From Dehalococcoidia bacterium (GTDB lineage: Bacteria > Chloroflexota > Dehalococcoidia > Bin125): 64,000 nucleotides of DNA. The notes beneath the pieces are model-generated. The model saw nothing but the letters and a program-made list of their open reading frames with translations. It had not been told where the DNA came from and did not search any database. Location of the stretch: NCBI GenBank assembly GCA_963555985.3, contig OY820591.1, positions 640,001 through 704,000 on the forward strand, given 5' to 3'. Positions 47,232-58,005 of the stretch are shown here, one piece after another (the first letter of the stretch is position 1; each line of letters begins with the position of its first letter). The translations under genes and the position numbers were made by a program.

Positions 47232-48743
47232 TTGAGCTTTCTCCACCGTCTTTTCCCCAAGCGCCCGCCCTCTGAGGCCGTTGCTCCTCCGTCAACTTCC
47301 TCTGCTCCCGCTGATCACCCTGTTCGCGCTCCAAGTGCAAACGGCGCTCCCTCCGCAGTCTCCCAGCCAAAGCGACGCAAGCGCCGTCGGCGCAAGCCGC
47401 GTCCCGACTCGAGCGCCCCGAGTCCGTCGCCGAACGGCACGGTCGCGCCGCCGGCCCCGGGACGTAGACAGAGCGGAAGAGGCTCACGTTCCCGCCGCCG
47501 CCGCCGTTCGCCGGGAAAGTCAACCGGCGCTCCGCTCAGCGCGACGCAGCAGGCGCTGCTCTCAGGCGGATACGACTTGCCCGCGCTGGACGAATTGGAT
47601 CGGATCGAGACGGACTCCTGGCCCGCCGCCTTCACCGAGCTCGGGCTCTCGCCGCGCATGTTGCAAGCGCTGACCGCGCTCAAGTTCTCCGAGCCAACGC
47701 CAATCCAGCAACAAACTGTCCCGCTCCTCCTGGACGGCCGCGATGTCGTCGGCCAGGCCCAGACCGGCACCGGCAAGACCATTGCCTTCGGCCTGCCTGT
47801 GGTCGAATCCTGCGATCCGCAGGAAGGCGCAGTGCAGGCGATCATCCTCACGCCCACCCGCGAATTGGCGCAGCAGATCGGAGCAGTGCTCGATTTCCTC
47901 GCCCGAGCGCGCGGACTTGAAACGACGGTGCTCATGGGCGGCCGCCGCCTCGCCGACGACTTCGCCAATCTGGAGCGCCGCCCGCAGATCGTGGTCGGCA
48001 CTCCGGGGCGCGTGATCGATCACCTCGAACGGCGCACGCTCCAGCTCAATCAGGTGCGCATCGCTGTTCTGGACGAAGCCGACCGAATGCTGGATATCGG
48101 CTTTGAGCCGGACATGCGCCGGATCCTGCGCCGCTGTCCCCAGGATCGCCAGACTGCACTCTTCTCCGCCACGATCCCCACGCCAATCAAGACCCTGATC
48201 CATCGCTACATGTATGAACCGGAGCACATCCAGATCGCGCCGGAAGTGGCCACCGCCGAAGGCATCAACCAGCGCTACTACGAAGTAGCCGATCGCGACA
48301 AGCTCCGTGCGATCGAAGAACTGCTGCCCGAGCTCTCAGGCCGCACGCTGGTCTTCTGCAACATGAAGGTGACCGTCGATCGGCTCGTGCGCCGGCTCGC
48401 CGATCAGGGACTGAACGCCGACGCCATTCACGGCGACCGCGATCAACGCAAGCGCGACCGCGTGATGGAGCGCTTCCGCGCCGGCAGCTTGCAGTTCCTG
48501 ATCGCGACCGATGTCGCCGCGCGCGGGCTGGACATTCCCGATGTCCAACACGTCGTCAACTACGACCTGCCCCAGACTGCCGAAGACTACATCCACCGCG
48601 TCGGTCGCACCGGCCGAGCCGGCCGCGAGGGCAGCGCGATCAGCTTCGTCAGCGAGTGGGACTTCGATCAGTTGGACAAGATCCTGAAACTGGTGGGCGA
48701 TGAGTTGCAGCGGGGCGAGTTGGGTCTATACGCAAGCGGCTAG
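47232..48743 (+). CDS. DEAD-box RNA helicase with disordered basic N-terminus
   Basis: AQTGTGKT, PTRELA, DEAD, SAT, HRVGRTGRAG. Confidence 0.95.
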   Translation: MSFLHRLFPKRPPSEAVAPPSTSSAPADHPVRAPSANGAPSAVSQPKRRKRRRRKPRPDSSAPSPSPNGTVAPPAPGRRQSGRGSRSRRRRRSPGKSTGAPLSATQQALLSGGYDLPALDELDRIETDSWPAAFTELGLSPRMLQALTALKFSEPTPIQQQTVPLLLDGRDVVGQAQTGTGKTIAFGLPVVESCDPQEGAVQAIILTPTRELAQQIGAVLDFLARARGLETTVLMGGRRLADDFANLERRPQIVVGTPGRVIDHLERRTLQLNQVRIAVLDEADRMLDIGFEPDMRRILRRCPQDRQTALFSATIPTPIKTLIHRYMYEPEHIQIAPEVATAEGINQRYYEVADRDKLRAIEELLPELSGRTLVFCNMKVTVDRLVRRLADQGLNADAIHGDRDQRKRDRVMERFRAGSLQFLIATDVAARGLDIPDVQHVVNYDLPQTAEDYIHRVGRTGRAGREGSAISFVSEWDFDQLDKILKLVGDELQRGELGLYASG

Positions 48744-48807
48744 GTGCACGCCGAAACCGGTCCTCAGCTGCGCTGACATGGCCAGCTGAACGCTCGCAGG
48801 AGTCGCC

Positions 48808-49179
48808 ATGACCAGGCTGACAAGACGGCGCATCGGCTGGGCGATCTTCGTCCTCTCTGTCTGCGCCATGCTCGCCTTTCCCGCTTACCAAGCCATCACC
48901 CACGACAGCGACACCACCACTCCCGCCGCGCCGTCGGTCACCGTTGCCACCCCACAACCCCGATTCCTACCCCCTGCGACCGTGCCCGCATCCCGTACCT
49001 CCAGCTTCACCGCCATCAGCACATCCATTATCCGCGTCGTCCCCTCCCACGACGGCGACTGGTTGGGTCTCATCGTTCCCGAGACCATCGTCGCTGTAGT
49101 TGAGCATCCTCCCACGGTCCAGGTCGTTACCTTCAGTCCCCGGCCTGCCGTCCTGGTCCTCGAAGACGACGACGGCTGA
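48808..49179 (+). CDS. Hypothetical membrane-anchored/secreted protein
   Basis: AGGAG RBS, N-terminal hydrophobic helix, P/T-rich linker. Confidence 0.6.
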   Translation: MTRLTRRRIGWAIFVLSVCAMLAFPAYQAITHDSDTTTPAAPSVTVATPQPRFLPPATVPASRTSSFTAISTSIIRVVPSHDGDWLGLIVPETIVAVVEHPPTVQVVTFSPRPAVLVLEDDDG

Positions 49180-49230
49180 CTCAGCCCGAGCGCGCCTACT
49201 ATCCTGCCTCCGAGTTGAACGGAGGCGGAG

Positions 49231-50010
49231 ATGGGACGACTTGACGACCGAGTGGCCGTCGTGACCGGTGGCGGCCGCGGCATTGGACGCGCGATCGCGC
49301 TCGAAATGGCCCGCGACGGCGCAAAGATCGTGGTGTCCTCGCGCACCCTCGAACAGCTGGAGTCCGTGGTGGCCGAGGTCGAGGAGATCGGCTCGCAGGG
49401 CTTGGCGGTGATCGCCGACGCGCTCGACCGCGACGCCTCAAAAGAACCGGTACGTCAGGCCGTGTCGCACTTCGGACGGATCGACATCCTCGTCAACAAT
49501 GTCGGCGGCGGCGCGCCGATGCGCGGCAGCCAGGACCCGTTCACGCACGACGACGATGTGTTCGAGGCCAACCTCGCGCTCAACCTCACCTCCGCCTACT
49601 GGACCACGCGCGAAGCGCTGCCGCATATGCGAGACGCCGGCTACGGCCGCATCCTCACCATCGGCTCGGGCTATGCCAAGCGCTCAGGAGGCGCACTCGC
49701 CTACAGCACCGCCAAGCACGGCTTGATCGGATTCACTCGCGCCCTCGCGCACGACACCGCCAAGCACGGGATCACGGTCAACTGCCTGTGCCCCGGCTGG
49801 ACCAATACGGCCCTGGTCGACTGGGACGCAATGGGCCGGGCGATGGGGATCAGCGCCGAGGAGGCGCATGCTCTGCGAGCTGCGGAAAATCTCCAGGATC
49901 GCGTGCTCGAACCGGAGGAACTCGGCCCTATGGCGGCCCTCCTCGCCGCGCCCGAATCAGCCGGCATCACCGGTCAGGTGATCAGCGTCGACGGCGGCTA
50001 CAAGGTCTGA
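49231..50010 (+). CDS. Short-chain dehydrogenase/reductase
   Basis: TGGGRGIG, NNVGG, YSTAKHG. Confidence 0.95.
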   Translation: MGRLDDRVAVVTGGGRGIGRAIALEMARDGAKIVVSSRTLEQLESVVAEVEEIGSQGLAVIADALDRDASKEPVRQAVSHFGRIDILVNNVGGGAPMRGSQDPFTHDDDVFEANLALNLTSAYWTTREALPHMRDAGYGRILTIGSGYAKRSGGALAYSTAKHGLIGFTRALAHDTAKHGITVNCLCPGWTNTALVDWDAMGRAMGISAEEAHALRAAENLQDRVLEPEELGPMAALLAAPESAGITGQVISVDGGYKV

Positions 50011-50151
50011 CCAGCGCTCATCTGCTCGCGCAGTTCGGCACACGAATCCTCGAATCGCTCAGTTCCGTCATGGTCGCGCTCCGCCACGGCAATCTCGCGG
50101 TCCTGACGACCACGCGATAATCTGAGCCGGCAACGGAAGGCTTCCACGACC

Positions 50152-50964
50152 ATGACCTACGAAGACCTGACCCTGGACATTCAGAACGCTGTCGCCATCG
50201 TCACCCTGAACCGGCCTGAAAAGATGAACGCGATGGGCCCGCGTCTCGTCCACGAGCTGCTTGAGGTGCTCGAATCCACCCGCCACGACGACGGCGTCAA
50301 GGCGATGGTCCTGACCGGAGCCGGGCGCGGCTTCTGCGCCGGCGCAGACGTGACCGGCGGCGCGGAAGGACGCCGGCTCTCGGAAGAACTGGATGAGGCC
50401 GACAGCTTCCGCCGCCACCGGGAAGCGCCGATCGGCCACTACGGAGTGCTCTTCTCGACCCTCAACGATTACCCCAAGCCAATCGTCGCCGCGGTCAACG
50501 GCGCCGCCGCCGGCGCTGGCATGTCGCTCGCGCTCGCCTGCGACATTCGCCTCGCCTCAACCAACGCCCGCTTTGTCAGCGCGTTTGTCCACCGAGCGAT
50601 CGTGCCCGACACCGGCAGTACCTACTACCTGCCGCAGATGATCGGCAAGGGCCGCGCGCTCGAGCTGATGTACACCGGCGAGCCGCTGAGCGCCGCCGAC
50701 GCCGAGCGCTACGGTCTGACTAATCGCACCCTCGATCCTGAAACGTTGGTCGAGGAGGCGATCGCCCTGGCGGAGAAGATCGCCAGGGGTCCGTCGCTCG
50801 CGATCGAACTGACCAAACGCCTCATCAATAACCAGGCTGCCAGCTTCGATATGCAGGTCGAGCGTGAAGCCTGGGGTCTGAGCATCACCAGCAACAGCGA
50901 AGATCGTCAGGAAGGCATCGACAGCTTCGTGCAGAAGCGTCCGGCGCAATTCCGGGGTCGATAA
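50152..50964 (+). CDS. Enoyl-CoA hydratase/isomerase
   Basis: LNRPEKMNA, FCAGAD, AVNGAAAGAG. Confidence 0.95.
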   Translation: MTYEDLTLDIQNAVAIVTLNRPEKMNAMGPRLVHELLEVLESTRHDDGVKAMVLTGAGRGFCAGADVTGGAEGRRLSEELDEADSFRRHREAPIGHYGVLFSTLNDYPKPIVAAVNGAAAGAGMSLALACDIRLASTNARFVSAFVHRAIVPDTGSTYYLPQMIGKGRALELMYTGEPLSAADAERYGLTNRTLDPETLVEEAIALAEKIARGPSLAIELTKRLINNQAASFDMQVEREAWGLSITSNSEDRQEGIDSFVQKRPAQFRGR

Positions 50965-51091
50965 GACCGGGCAAGCGCAGGCTAGCAACCCGTGCTATAG
51001 CGGCCATCGCGGCCACATCTCCCCCAACACGAAGGCCGCCTGCCCTGGTGCCATCCTAGCGGTTCAGCAGACCCGTAATGGAGGAATTCCG

Positions 51092-52183
51092 ATGGTCAAG
51101 ATCACCAACCTCAAGATCGACGTCTTCAACTGGGAAACGCCGAACTGGCGCGTCGGCACGGGGATGCGTTTCGGCGGGCCGAACCAGCTCTCCGTCGTCA
51201 GCGTCGAGACCGATGCCGGCATCACCGGCAACGCCTTCCTCTCGCGGCCCCAGCATCACGCCCAGGTGTTGATCGACGTGCTCAAGCCGCGCGTGATCGG
51301 CAAGAACCCGCAGGACATCGGTCGCATCTGGGCCGACTGCTACAAGCAGAATCGGGCCGTCTCGAACGCCGCGATCGGCGCGATCGACATCGCGCTTTGG
51401 GACATCAACGGCAAGCTCGCCGACCAGCCGATTCATCGGTTGTTGGGCACCTGCAAGGACGAAGTGCCGGTCTATTCCAGCACCGCCTGGTGGGAGACCG
51501 CCGAGGAGTATGTCGAAGAAGCGCTTCAGTTCAAGGAAGACGGATGGATCGCCCACAAGCTCCATCCACACGGCATCCCGAAGAACGACATTGAGATCTG
51601 CAAGGCCGTCCGCGAGGGCGTCGGCGACGAGATGATCCTGATGCTCGATTCGATGTGGTCCTACCAGTATGAGGACGCGGTCCGCGTCGGCCGCGCGATC
51701 GAGGACCTCAACTACTACTGGTACGAAGACCCGCTGGCCGAGGAAGACCTCTACTCATACGTGAAGCTGCACCAGAAGCTCGACATCCCGATCATGTCGA
51801 CCGAGTACGCGCCCGGCCGCTACTACGGGATGACTCAGTGGATCACCCAATACGCCACCGACATCCTGCGCGGCGATGTGGCGGTCACTGGCGGGATCAC
51901 GCCGCTGGTGCGGCTCTGCCACCTGGCCGAGGGCTTCCAGATGAAGTGCGAGATCCACCACGGCGGCAACAGCCTCAACAACGTCGCCAACCTGCACGTC
52001 ACGATGGCCGTGCCCAACTGCGAGTTCTTCGAGTACTTTCCCAGCACCGGCGGCTTCCTCTACGGCCTGGTCGAAGACATCGACATGTCGGGCGGCATGG
52101 TCTCAGCGCCGACCGGTGCGGGTCTCGGCTACGAAATCGACTGGGATCTGATCAAGAGCCAGCACCTGGCGACATTGGAGTAG
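51092..52183 (+). CDS. Mandelate racemase/enolase superfamily enzyme
   Basis: DIALWDI.GK, LMLD, WYEDP, GGIT, PTGAGLG. Confidence 0.92.
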   Translation: MVKITNLKIDVFNWETPNWRVGTGMRFGGPNQLSVVSVETDAGITGNAFLSRPQHHAQVLIDVLKPRVIGKNPQDIGRIWADCYKQNRAVSNAAIGAIDIALWDINGKLADQPIHRLLGTCKDEVPVYSSTAWWETAEEYVEEALQFKEDGWIAHKLHPHGIPKNDIEICKAVREGVGDEMILMLDSMWSYQYEDAVRVGRAIEDLNYYWYEDPLAEEDLYSYVKLHQKLDIPIMSTEYAPGRYYGMTQWITQYATDILRGDVAVTGGITPLVRLCHLAEGFQMKCEIHHGGNSLNNVANLHVTMAVPNCEFFEYFPSTGGFLYGLVEDIDMSGGMVSAPTGAGLGYEIDWDLIKSQHLATLE

Positions 52184-52196
52184 TGCGAGGTGCTCG

Positions 52197-53291
52197 TCAG
52201 TCGTAGACGATCACACCGCGGCCGTCCTCGCCGCGTGCCAGTGCGTCGAAGGCTTCGTTGATCTCATCCAGCGGGTAGCGGCGCTGCACGATGTGATCGA
52301 TCTCGATCCGGCCGTTGACGTAGGCGTCGACCAGGACCTCAAACGTCCGATGCGGCGAGGCCGAGCCGTAGTAGGAGCCGACCATGGTCTTCTGCTTGCG
52401 GACCATGTCGACGAGGTCGAAGGAGCCGACTGCCTCGGTTGGGGCGAGGCCGACGATGACGCCGGTGCCGCCCTTGCCCAGGGACTGGAAGACCTGGTTG
52501 GCGGTGACGTCGGAGCCGAAGGTGTCGAAGGCGAAATCGACGCCGCCGTTGGAGAGTTCGACAACGGCGGCGGCTGCGTTGACGTTGCGCGCGTTGACCG
52601 TGTCGGTCGCGCCGAACCGCCGGGCAAACTCCAGCTTGTGCTCGTGGATGTCGACCGCGATGATCTTGCTCGCGTTGAGCATTCGCGCGCCCTGGATCGC
52701 ATTCAGGCCAACGCCGCCGGCGCCGATCACTGCGACGGTCATGCCCGCGCGGGCGGTGGGCTGGTTGATGACAGCGCCGACGCCCGTGGTCACCGAGCAG
52801 CCGATCAGCGCCGCCACCTCCATTGGCACCTCGTCGGGAATCGGGAAACAGGCCTGCTGCGCCGTGACGACGTGCTCGCCGAAGACCCCGAGCTTGCCCA
52901 TCTGGTAGATCTCTCGTCCCGCGTCGTCGTGCAGACGAACCGTCCCGTCGAGCAGACGCGAACCGGTTGCCTGGTGCAGGTCGCAGAGCTGCGGCTGTCC
53001 GCGCCGGCAAGTCGGGCACTGCCCGCACGGTGTCACGAACGAGAGGATGCAGCGGTCGCCTGGCTTGAGTTCGGTCACGCCCGGCCCCACCTCTTCGATC
53101 GTGCCCGCGCCTTCGTGTCCTAGGACGGACGGCAATGGGAACGACGCCGTGCCTTCCATGATGTGATGGTCGGAGGCGCAGATGCCGGCCGCGTCCATTC
53201 GCACCCGGACCTCTCCGTATTGCGGATCGTCCTGTTGCAGGTCCTTGATCAGGAGCGGCGTGTTTGGAGATTCAAGTACGGCAGCGCGCAT
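52197..53291 (-). CDS. Zn-dependent alcohol dehydrogenase
   Basis: GICASD, GHEGAG, CGQCPTC..C, GAGGVG. Confidence 0.95.
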   Translation of the reverse strand: MRAAVLESPNTPLLIKDLQQDDPQYGEVRVRMDAAGICASDHHIMEGTASFPLPSVLGHEGAGTIEEVGPGVTELKPGDRCILSFVTPCGQCPTCRRGQPQLCDLHQATGSRLLDGTVRLHDDAGREIYQMGKLGVFGEHVVTAQQACFPIPDEVPMEVAALIGCSVTTGVGAVINQPTARAGMTVAVIGAGGVGLNAIQGARMLNASKIIAVDIHEHKLEFARRFGATDTVNARNVNAAAAVVELSNGGVDFAFDTFGSDVTANQVFQSLGKGGTGVIVGLAPTEAVGSFDLVDMVRKQKTMVGSYYGSASPHRTFEVLVDAYVNGRIEIDHIVQRRYPLDEINEAFDALARGEDGRGVIVYD

Positions 53292-53367
53292 GGCAGTCCC
53301 TCCCAGGAATCGCAGTTCGGCCAAAGAGTAACGCAGTCCTCTACCGCCCCGCGTCCGTGACGCCCGC

Positions 53368-54618
53368 CTAGACCACCCGAATCGGATGCGGCAGCGGCTG
53401 ATTGAAGAGGTAGCCCTTCCTGTTGAAAGGGACCGCGTCAGGCTGGATGTTGCCGGCGGCGTCCGTGGCACGGGTCATGATCGTGTGCTCGCCCGGAGTC
53501 GCTTGCCAGGCAAACGCGAACTCAGCCCAACCATCGTCTACCTGGCGGCCGACCAACGATGCCGGCGTCCAGGTCGCGCCGGCGTCATCGCTCCACTCAA
53601 CGGTCGAGATCGGGCCGTGCGGCGAGTGCGCATAGCCCCGCAGCTCCTGGCGAGCGGTGTTCATTCGCGCTGGCCAGGGCAGGGCGAGCGCGCTCTTGAT
53701 CGACTGCGCTGTCACGACGGGTCCCTCAGCCTCACCCTCCCGCTCATAGTCGTCGCCGATCAGCACGTAGGAGGTCGTGTTGTTGCGGGTCCATAACGGC
53801 CTGCTCGAGACGATGATCCGGCCCAGCCACTTGATCTGCGAAGCCCCAACCCAGCCCGGAACGATCGCCCTCAGTGGGTAGCCATGATCCCTCGGCAATC
53901 GCTCGCCGTTCATCCGATGGGCGAGCATCGTGTCGGGGTGAAGCGCCTTCTCAATCGGCATCACCCGCCGGAATCCGCCTTCGGGCGACTCCCGGTCCAG
54001 TCCGATCAGGAGGACGGCGATGGCTTGGTCAGAGACACCGGCCAGTGCCAGCACGTCGGCCAGCGAAACGCCGCCCCACTCCGCGTTGCCGATCGCGCCC
54101 CGGCCCCACTGCGTTCCCCCTGCCATCCGGCCCTGGAGCCGGTCGAACATCACCCGCTGATTGCCGGCGCATTCCAGGTACGAGGTCCGAGTCTGCTGCG
54201 GCAGCCGGAGGATGTCGTCGAAGCTCAACTCGATTGGGGTGTCGATCGCGTCGCCCTCGACTTGCAGCCGCCAGTGCTCCTGGTCGAGGTCGACGCTGCG
54301 CGAATTGTTGCGCACGAAGAACAGCTCGTTCGGCGTGATCGAGCCGGTCATCAGCTCCAACCGCGCTTCCAGTCCCGCGTTGCCGTGGTCAATGAAGGGA
54401 GTCGGGTCCTTGAACACCAACGGCGGCTCGGCAGTTTGCGACACACGCTCGGCTCCGTCTGTCCACCCGGGAATCTCGTCGCCGCAAGCCGCCAGTACCG
54501 CAGCCGCGCCACCCGCCAAGAGCAACGTCAAGAACCGGCGCCGACTCAGCCCGCGACCGCTCGCGAGCCGCCACAGTGCTTCTCCCTGCGCGCCCAAACC
54601 ACTGCGAGTCACCTTCAT
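53368..54618 (-). CDS. Sulfite-oxidase-family molybdoenzyme, Tat lipoprotein
   Basis: SRRRFL Tat motif, LAAC lipobox, FFVRN, ECAGN, DHGYPLR. Confidence 0.9.
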   Translation of the reverse strand: MKVTRSGLGAQGEALWRLASGRGLSRRRFLTLLLAGGAAAVLAACGDEIPGWTDGAERVSQTAEPPLVFKDPTPFIDHGNAGLEARLELMTGSITPNELFFVRNNSRSVDLDQEHWRLQVEGDAIDTPIELSFDDILRLPQQTRTSYLECAGNQRVMFDRLQGRMAGGTQWGRGAIGNAEWGGVSLADVLALAGVSDQAIAVLLIGLDRESPEGGFRRVMPIEKALHPDTMLAHRMNGERLPRDHGYPLRAIVPGWVGASQIKWLGRIIVSSRPLWTRNNTTSYVLIGDDYEREGEAEGPVVTAQSIKSALALPWPARMNTARQELRGYAHSPHGPISTVEWSDDAGATWTPASLVGRQVDDGWAEFAFAWQATPGEHTIMTRATDAAGNIQPDAVPFNRKGYLFNQPLPHPIRVV

Positions 54619-54725
54619 TGCCTCGTCCTGAACCCGATTACACGCAGCATATGAAAGGTCGATTCAGCGGACACCGATTGGCCGATCGTTAGCCTGCGCG
54701 ACGAACCCAGTGAAGGAGACTCAGC

Positions 54726-56120
54726 ATGAAGCGCGCCGACTTCGAATCGATCAGCCGTGCCGCGGGCGTCGAACCGGCGGCTGCCGAGATCTCCTTCGTC
54801 GGCGACGGCGATCCGCTCTACCCGTCGCCGCTCCGCCTCGCTGCCGGCATGGCCGCACTGCTCGGTAACGTCGCCGGCGCCGTTAGCGACATCTACGAAT
54901 CGCAGACCGGCAAACCGCAGAGCGCCGAAATCGATCTCGGTCAGGCTTGCGTCGCGATTTCGAGCATGTGGGTGCTCAAGGTCAACGGCCGCAACGCCTT
55001 CGAGTCGCTGCCGGATTCGATTGCGCCCGGTCAGGGCATCTATCCGACCCGCGACGGGCGCTACCTCTACCTGCTCAGCGGTTTTCCGCACATCGTCGAG
55101 CGCACGATGGAAGTCCTCGGCTGCACGGCTGACACCGTTGCCGAGCATGTCGCGGCTCATGATGCTTCGGAACTTGAGCGGAAGCTGGTCAACGCCCAAC
55201 TCACCGGCGTCACGATCCGCACGCCGGACGAATGGCTTGCACATCCGCAAGGCAAGCTCCTGGCCGATGCGCCCGCCGTCACGATCGAGAAGATCGGCGA
55301 TGCGCCGCCCCAGCCGATTCCCGGCGGTGAACTCCCCTTGAATGGCGTCCGCGTGATCGACAGCACCCGCGTACTCGCAGGGCCGACCATCTCGCGCACG
55401 CTCGCGGCGCTTGGCGCGGATGTCCTCCACATCGGTTCGCCCAACGTGCCGGACATGCAGGCCGCTCAAGCCGACACCGGACACGGCAAGCGCCGCGCCT
55501 TTGTCGATCTCGAAACCGCGGGCGGGCGCGGTGCCCTCTGGAACCTGATCGAGGGAACAGACGTCTTTAGCCAGTCCTACCGCGCCAAGTCGCTCGCCCG
55601 CCGAGGCCTCAGCCCTGAAGCGCTGGCCGAACGGCGGCCCGGCATCATCTACATCTCCGAGAACGCCTACGGGCAGTTCGGTCCCTGGCAGGAGAAGCGC
55701 GGCTTCGACGGCAATGTCCAGGCCGCCTCGGGCATTCACCACATCCAGCAGAAGGATCCGACCGAGCTGATCGGGTCAGGTCCGGCGATGGCGCTGAACG
55801 ACTACGGCACCGGCTACTGGGGCGCCTACGGAGCACTCGAGGCGCTGAAACGCCGCGCTGTCGAAGGCGGAAGCTGGCACGTCAAAGTCGCGCTGGGCCA
55901 GACCGCCGCCTGGTTCCTCAGATTGGGAACGCCGCACCGAATCGAGGACGCCGATCCCGAGGATGGTTACCGCCTCGCCGAGCGCTTCTCCGAAACCGTC
56001 GACTCCGACTACGGCAAACTCACGCGACTAAGCTTCCCGATCAGCTTTTCCCAGATCCAGCCCCGCTGGGGACGAACCGTGAAACCAGGCACGCACGAAC
56101 CAGTCTGGCTCGAGCGCTAA
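54726..56120 (+). CDS. CaiB/BaiF CoA-transferase
   Basis: TRVLAGP, GADVL, DTGHGKR, RGFD. Confidence 0.9.
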   Translation: MKRADFESISRAAGVEPAAAEISFVGDGDPLYPSPLRLAAGMAALLGNVAGAVSDIYESQTGKPQSAEIDLGQACVAISSMWVLKVNGRNAFESLPDSIAPGQGIYPTRDGRYLYLLSGFPHIVERTMEVLGCTADTVAEHVAAHDASELERKLVNAQLTGVTIRTPDEWLAHPQGKLLADAPAVTIEKIGDAPPQPIPGGELPLNGVRVIDSTRVLAGPTISRTLAALGADVLHIGSPNVPDMQAAQADTGHGKRRAFVDLETAGGRGALWNLIEGTDVFSQSYRAKSLARRGLSPEALAERRPGIIYISENAYGQFGPWQEKRGFDGNVQAASGIHHIQQKDPTELIGSGPAMALNDYGTGYWGAYGALEALKRRAVEGGSWHVKVALGQTAAWFLRLGTPHRIEDADPEDGYRLAERFSETVDSDYGKLTRLSFPISFSQIQPRWGRTVKPGTHEPVWLER

Positions 56121-56122
56121 CG

Positions 56123-57010
56123 ATGGATCTGACGCAGAACCAGATCATCCTCGCCGACAATATGGACGTGCTGCCGCGCATCCCCGACGCGAGCATTCCC
56201 CTCGTCTACATCGATCCGCCCTTCAACACCGGCAAGCAACGATCCCTCAAGCGCATCCGCACCACCCGCGACGACGAATCCGGCGATCGCACCGGCTTCC
56301 AGGGCCGCCGCTACCGCACCGAGTTTGCCGGAGAGCTCGGCCGCTACGCGGACGCCTACGACGACTATCTCGCCTTCCTCGAACCGAGGCTGCGAGAGCT
56401 GCACCGGGTGCTGACTCCAATCGGCTCACTGTTCCTGCACATCGATCCGCGCGAGTCCCACTACTGCAAGGTGCTGCTAGATCAGATCTTCGGTCGCGAG
56501 TGCTTCATCAACGAGATCATCTGGGCCTATGACTTCGGGGGTCGCTCGAAGAAGAAGTGGCCAGCCAAGCACGACACCATCCTTTGGTACGCTAAGGATC
56601 CCAATCACTACATCTTTAACTACGACGAGATTGATCGGATTCCATATCTCGCGCCGGGTTTGGTCGGTGAGGAGAAGGCCAAGCGAGGTAAGACGCCGAC
56701 GGATGTCTGGTGGCAGACGATCGTTCCCACGAGCGGATCAGAGCGGACGGGGTATCCGACTCAGAAGCCGCTGGCGATTCTGGAGCGGATCGTGAGGGTG
56801 CATTCGAATCCGGGGGATGTCGTTCTGGACTGTTTCGCGGGGTCGGGGACGACTGGGGAGGCGGCGGTGCGTCATGGTCGGCAGTATGTGCTGGTGGATA
56901 GCAACCCCGATGCAATCGCGACGATGTCGGAGCGTCTGGCCGATTCTGCGCCCACTTGTGTGGATATCAGCTCTCCGGATCATCGGAGACAAGTGTCCAA
57001 ATCTGTTTAA
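56123..57010 (+). CDS. Beta-class N6A/N4C DNA methyltransferase
   Basis: YIDPPFN before YPTQKP and LDCFAGSGTT. Confidence 0.93.
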   Translation: MDLTQNQIILADNMDVLPRIPDASIPLVYIDPPFNTGKQRSLKRIRTTRDDESGDRTGFQGRRYRTEFAGELGRYADAYDDYLAFLEPRLRELHRVLTPIGSLFLHIDPRESHYCKVLLDQIFGRECFINEIIWAYDFGGRSKKKWPAKHDTILWYAKDPNHYIFNYDEIDRIPYLAPGLVGEEKAKRGKTPTDVWWQTIVPTSGSERTGYPTQKPLAILERIVRVHSNPGDVVLDCFAGSGTTGEAAVRHGRQYVLVDSNPDAIATMSERLADSAPTCVDISSPDHRRQVSKSV

Positions 57011-57995
57011 GCGGAAGCTCAGCGCGAATCTCCAGCGAGAGCTGGTCATACAGTCGAAAGATCTCATTCAATAGATCACGGCCACTCCATAGCCGCAGCC
57101 GAAAGTACATGCGCTTGCCTTCATCCAGCGCAGGTTTCGTGAAACCACTCCAACTCACGAACAATCCCAGATCGGCGCCATGTTTCTCCATTGCTCCGCA
57201 TAGGCGGTCCAGATCTGGCGTTCCGATCGGTTTCTCGGTCGCTTTCACCTGCACACAGAGATGAGGTGCGTCAAAGCCTAGCCGACCGCGGCCGGCGAGG
57301 ATATCCACGCCACCGTCGGGTCCGGGCGGCGAAAACAGCGTCGCATACCCATCGGCTAGGAGTACCGCCTCAACCAGTTCTGCAAACCGGTGTTCGCGAA
57401 ACTGATCGCGGATGTAGTCGAGAATTCGTTCCTCGGGATCGATCGCAAGATACGATTCTTCCTCCACGTCCGTTTCGATCGCCTCTTCCGCAGTCTCAGG
57501 ACGCCCGTCAATCACTGCTTGAAATCGCTCTGCAGCGTCTGGCACGTGAATCTGCACGATCGTGCTTGGTAAGCCCAATCGGCGTACAATATCCTCTCGA
57601 AAGTCACTCTTCGTAATCGTGTCGCCAAACCAGTCCACTGAGCGGCAGTGAAAATGCTGCTCACCGAGCCTTTTGTACTCATAGGGGCCTGCAATTTTGC
57701 CACATGCAACCTGTCCGGGATTACCCTTCAGCGGCATTGCGACATAGTCGCCGCGCTGCATACGTAATCGAAACGAGGTCAGCTGGCCCGTGAGCGATCT
57801 CACTCTTCCCTTCTTCATGCCGGGCTGACTGCTCGTGATTACCTCACGAATGGCCGCTCGGTCTTTTGCCTCACTCAAGTCGGAGACCCCGAAGTGGACC
57901 ATCGTCAGATCATGCGAGCTTGCCGTCTCTTCAAACTCTCCGGCGCTGCCGCCGCGTACCATCCAGACTGCCGGCGTGTCTTCTTGGTCAGTCAT
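56967..57995 (-). CDS. mrr: Mrr-family restriction endonuclease
   Basis: WMVRGG N-terminus, GPDGGVDILA..CVQVK, LFVSWSGF; lower GC. Confidence 0.88.
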   Translation of the reverse strand: MTDQEDTPAVWMVRGGSAGEFEETASSHDLTMVHFGVSDLSEAKDRAAIREVITSSQPGMKKGRVRSLTGQLTSFRLRMQRGDYVAMPLKGNPGQVACGKIAGPYEYKRLGEQHFHCRSVDWFGDTITKSDFREDIVRRLGLPSTIVQIHVPDAAERFQAVIDGRPETAEEAIETDVEEESYLAIDPEERILDYIRDQFREHRFAELVEAVLLADGYATLFSPPGPDGGVDILAGRGRLGFDAPHLCVQVKATEKPIGTPDLDRLCGAMEKHGADLGLFVSWSGFTKPALDEGKRMYFRLRLWSGRDLLNEIFRLYDQLSLEIRAELPLKQIWTLVSDDPES

Positions 57996-58005
57996 CTCGC
58001 AACTC

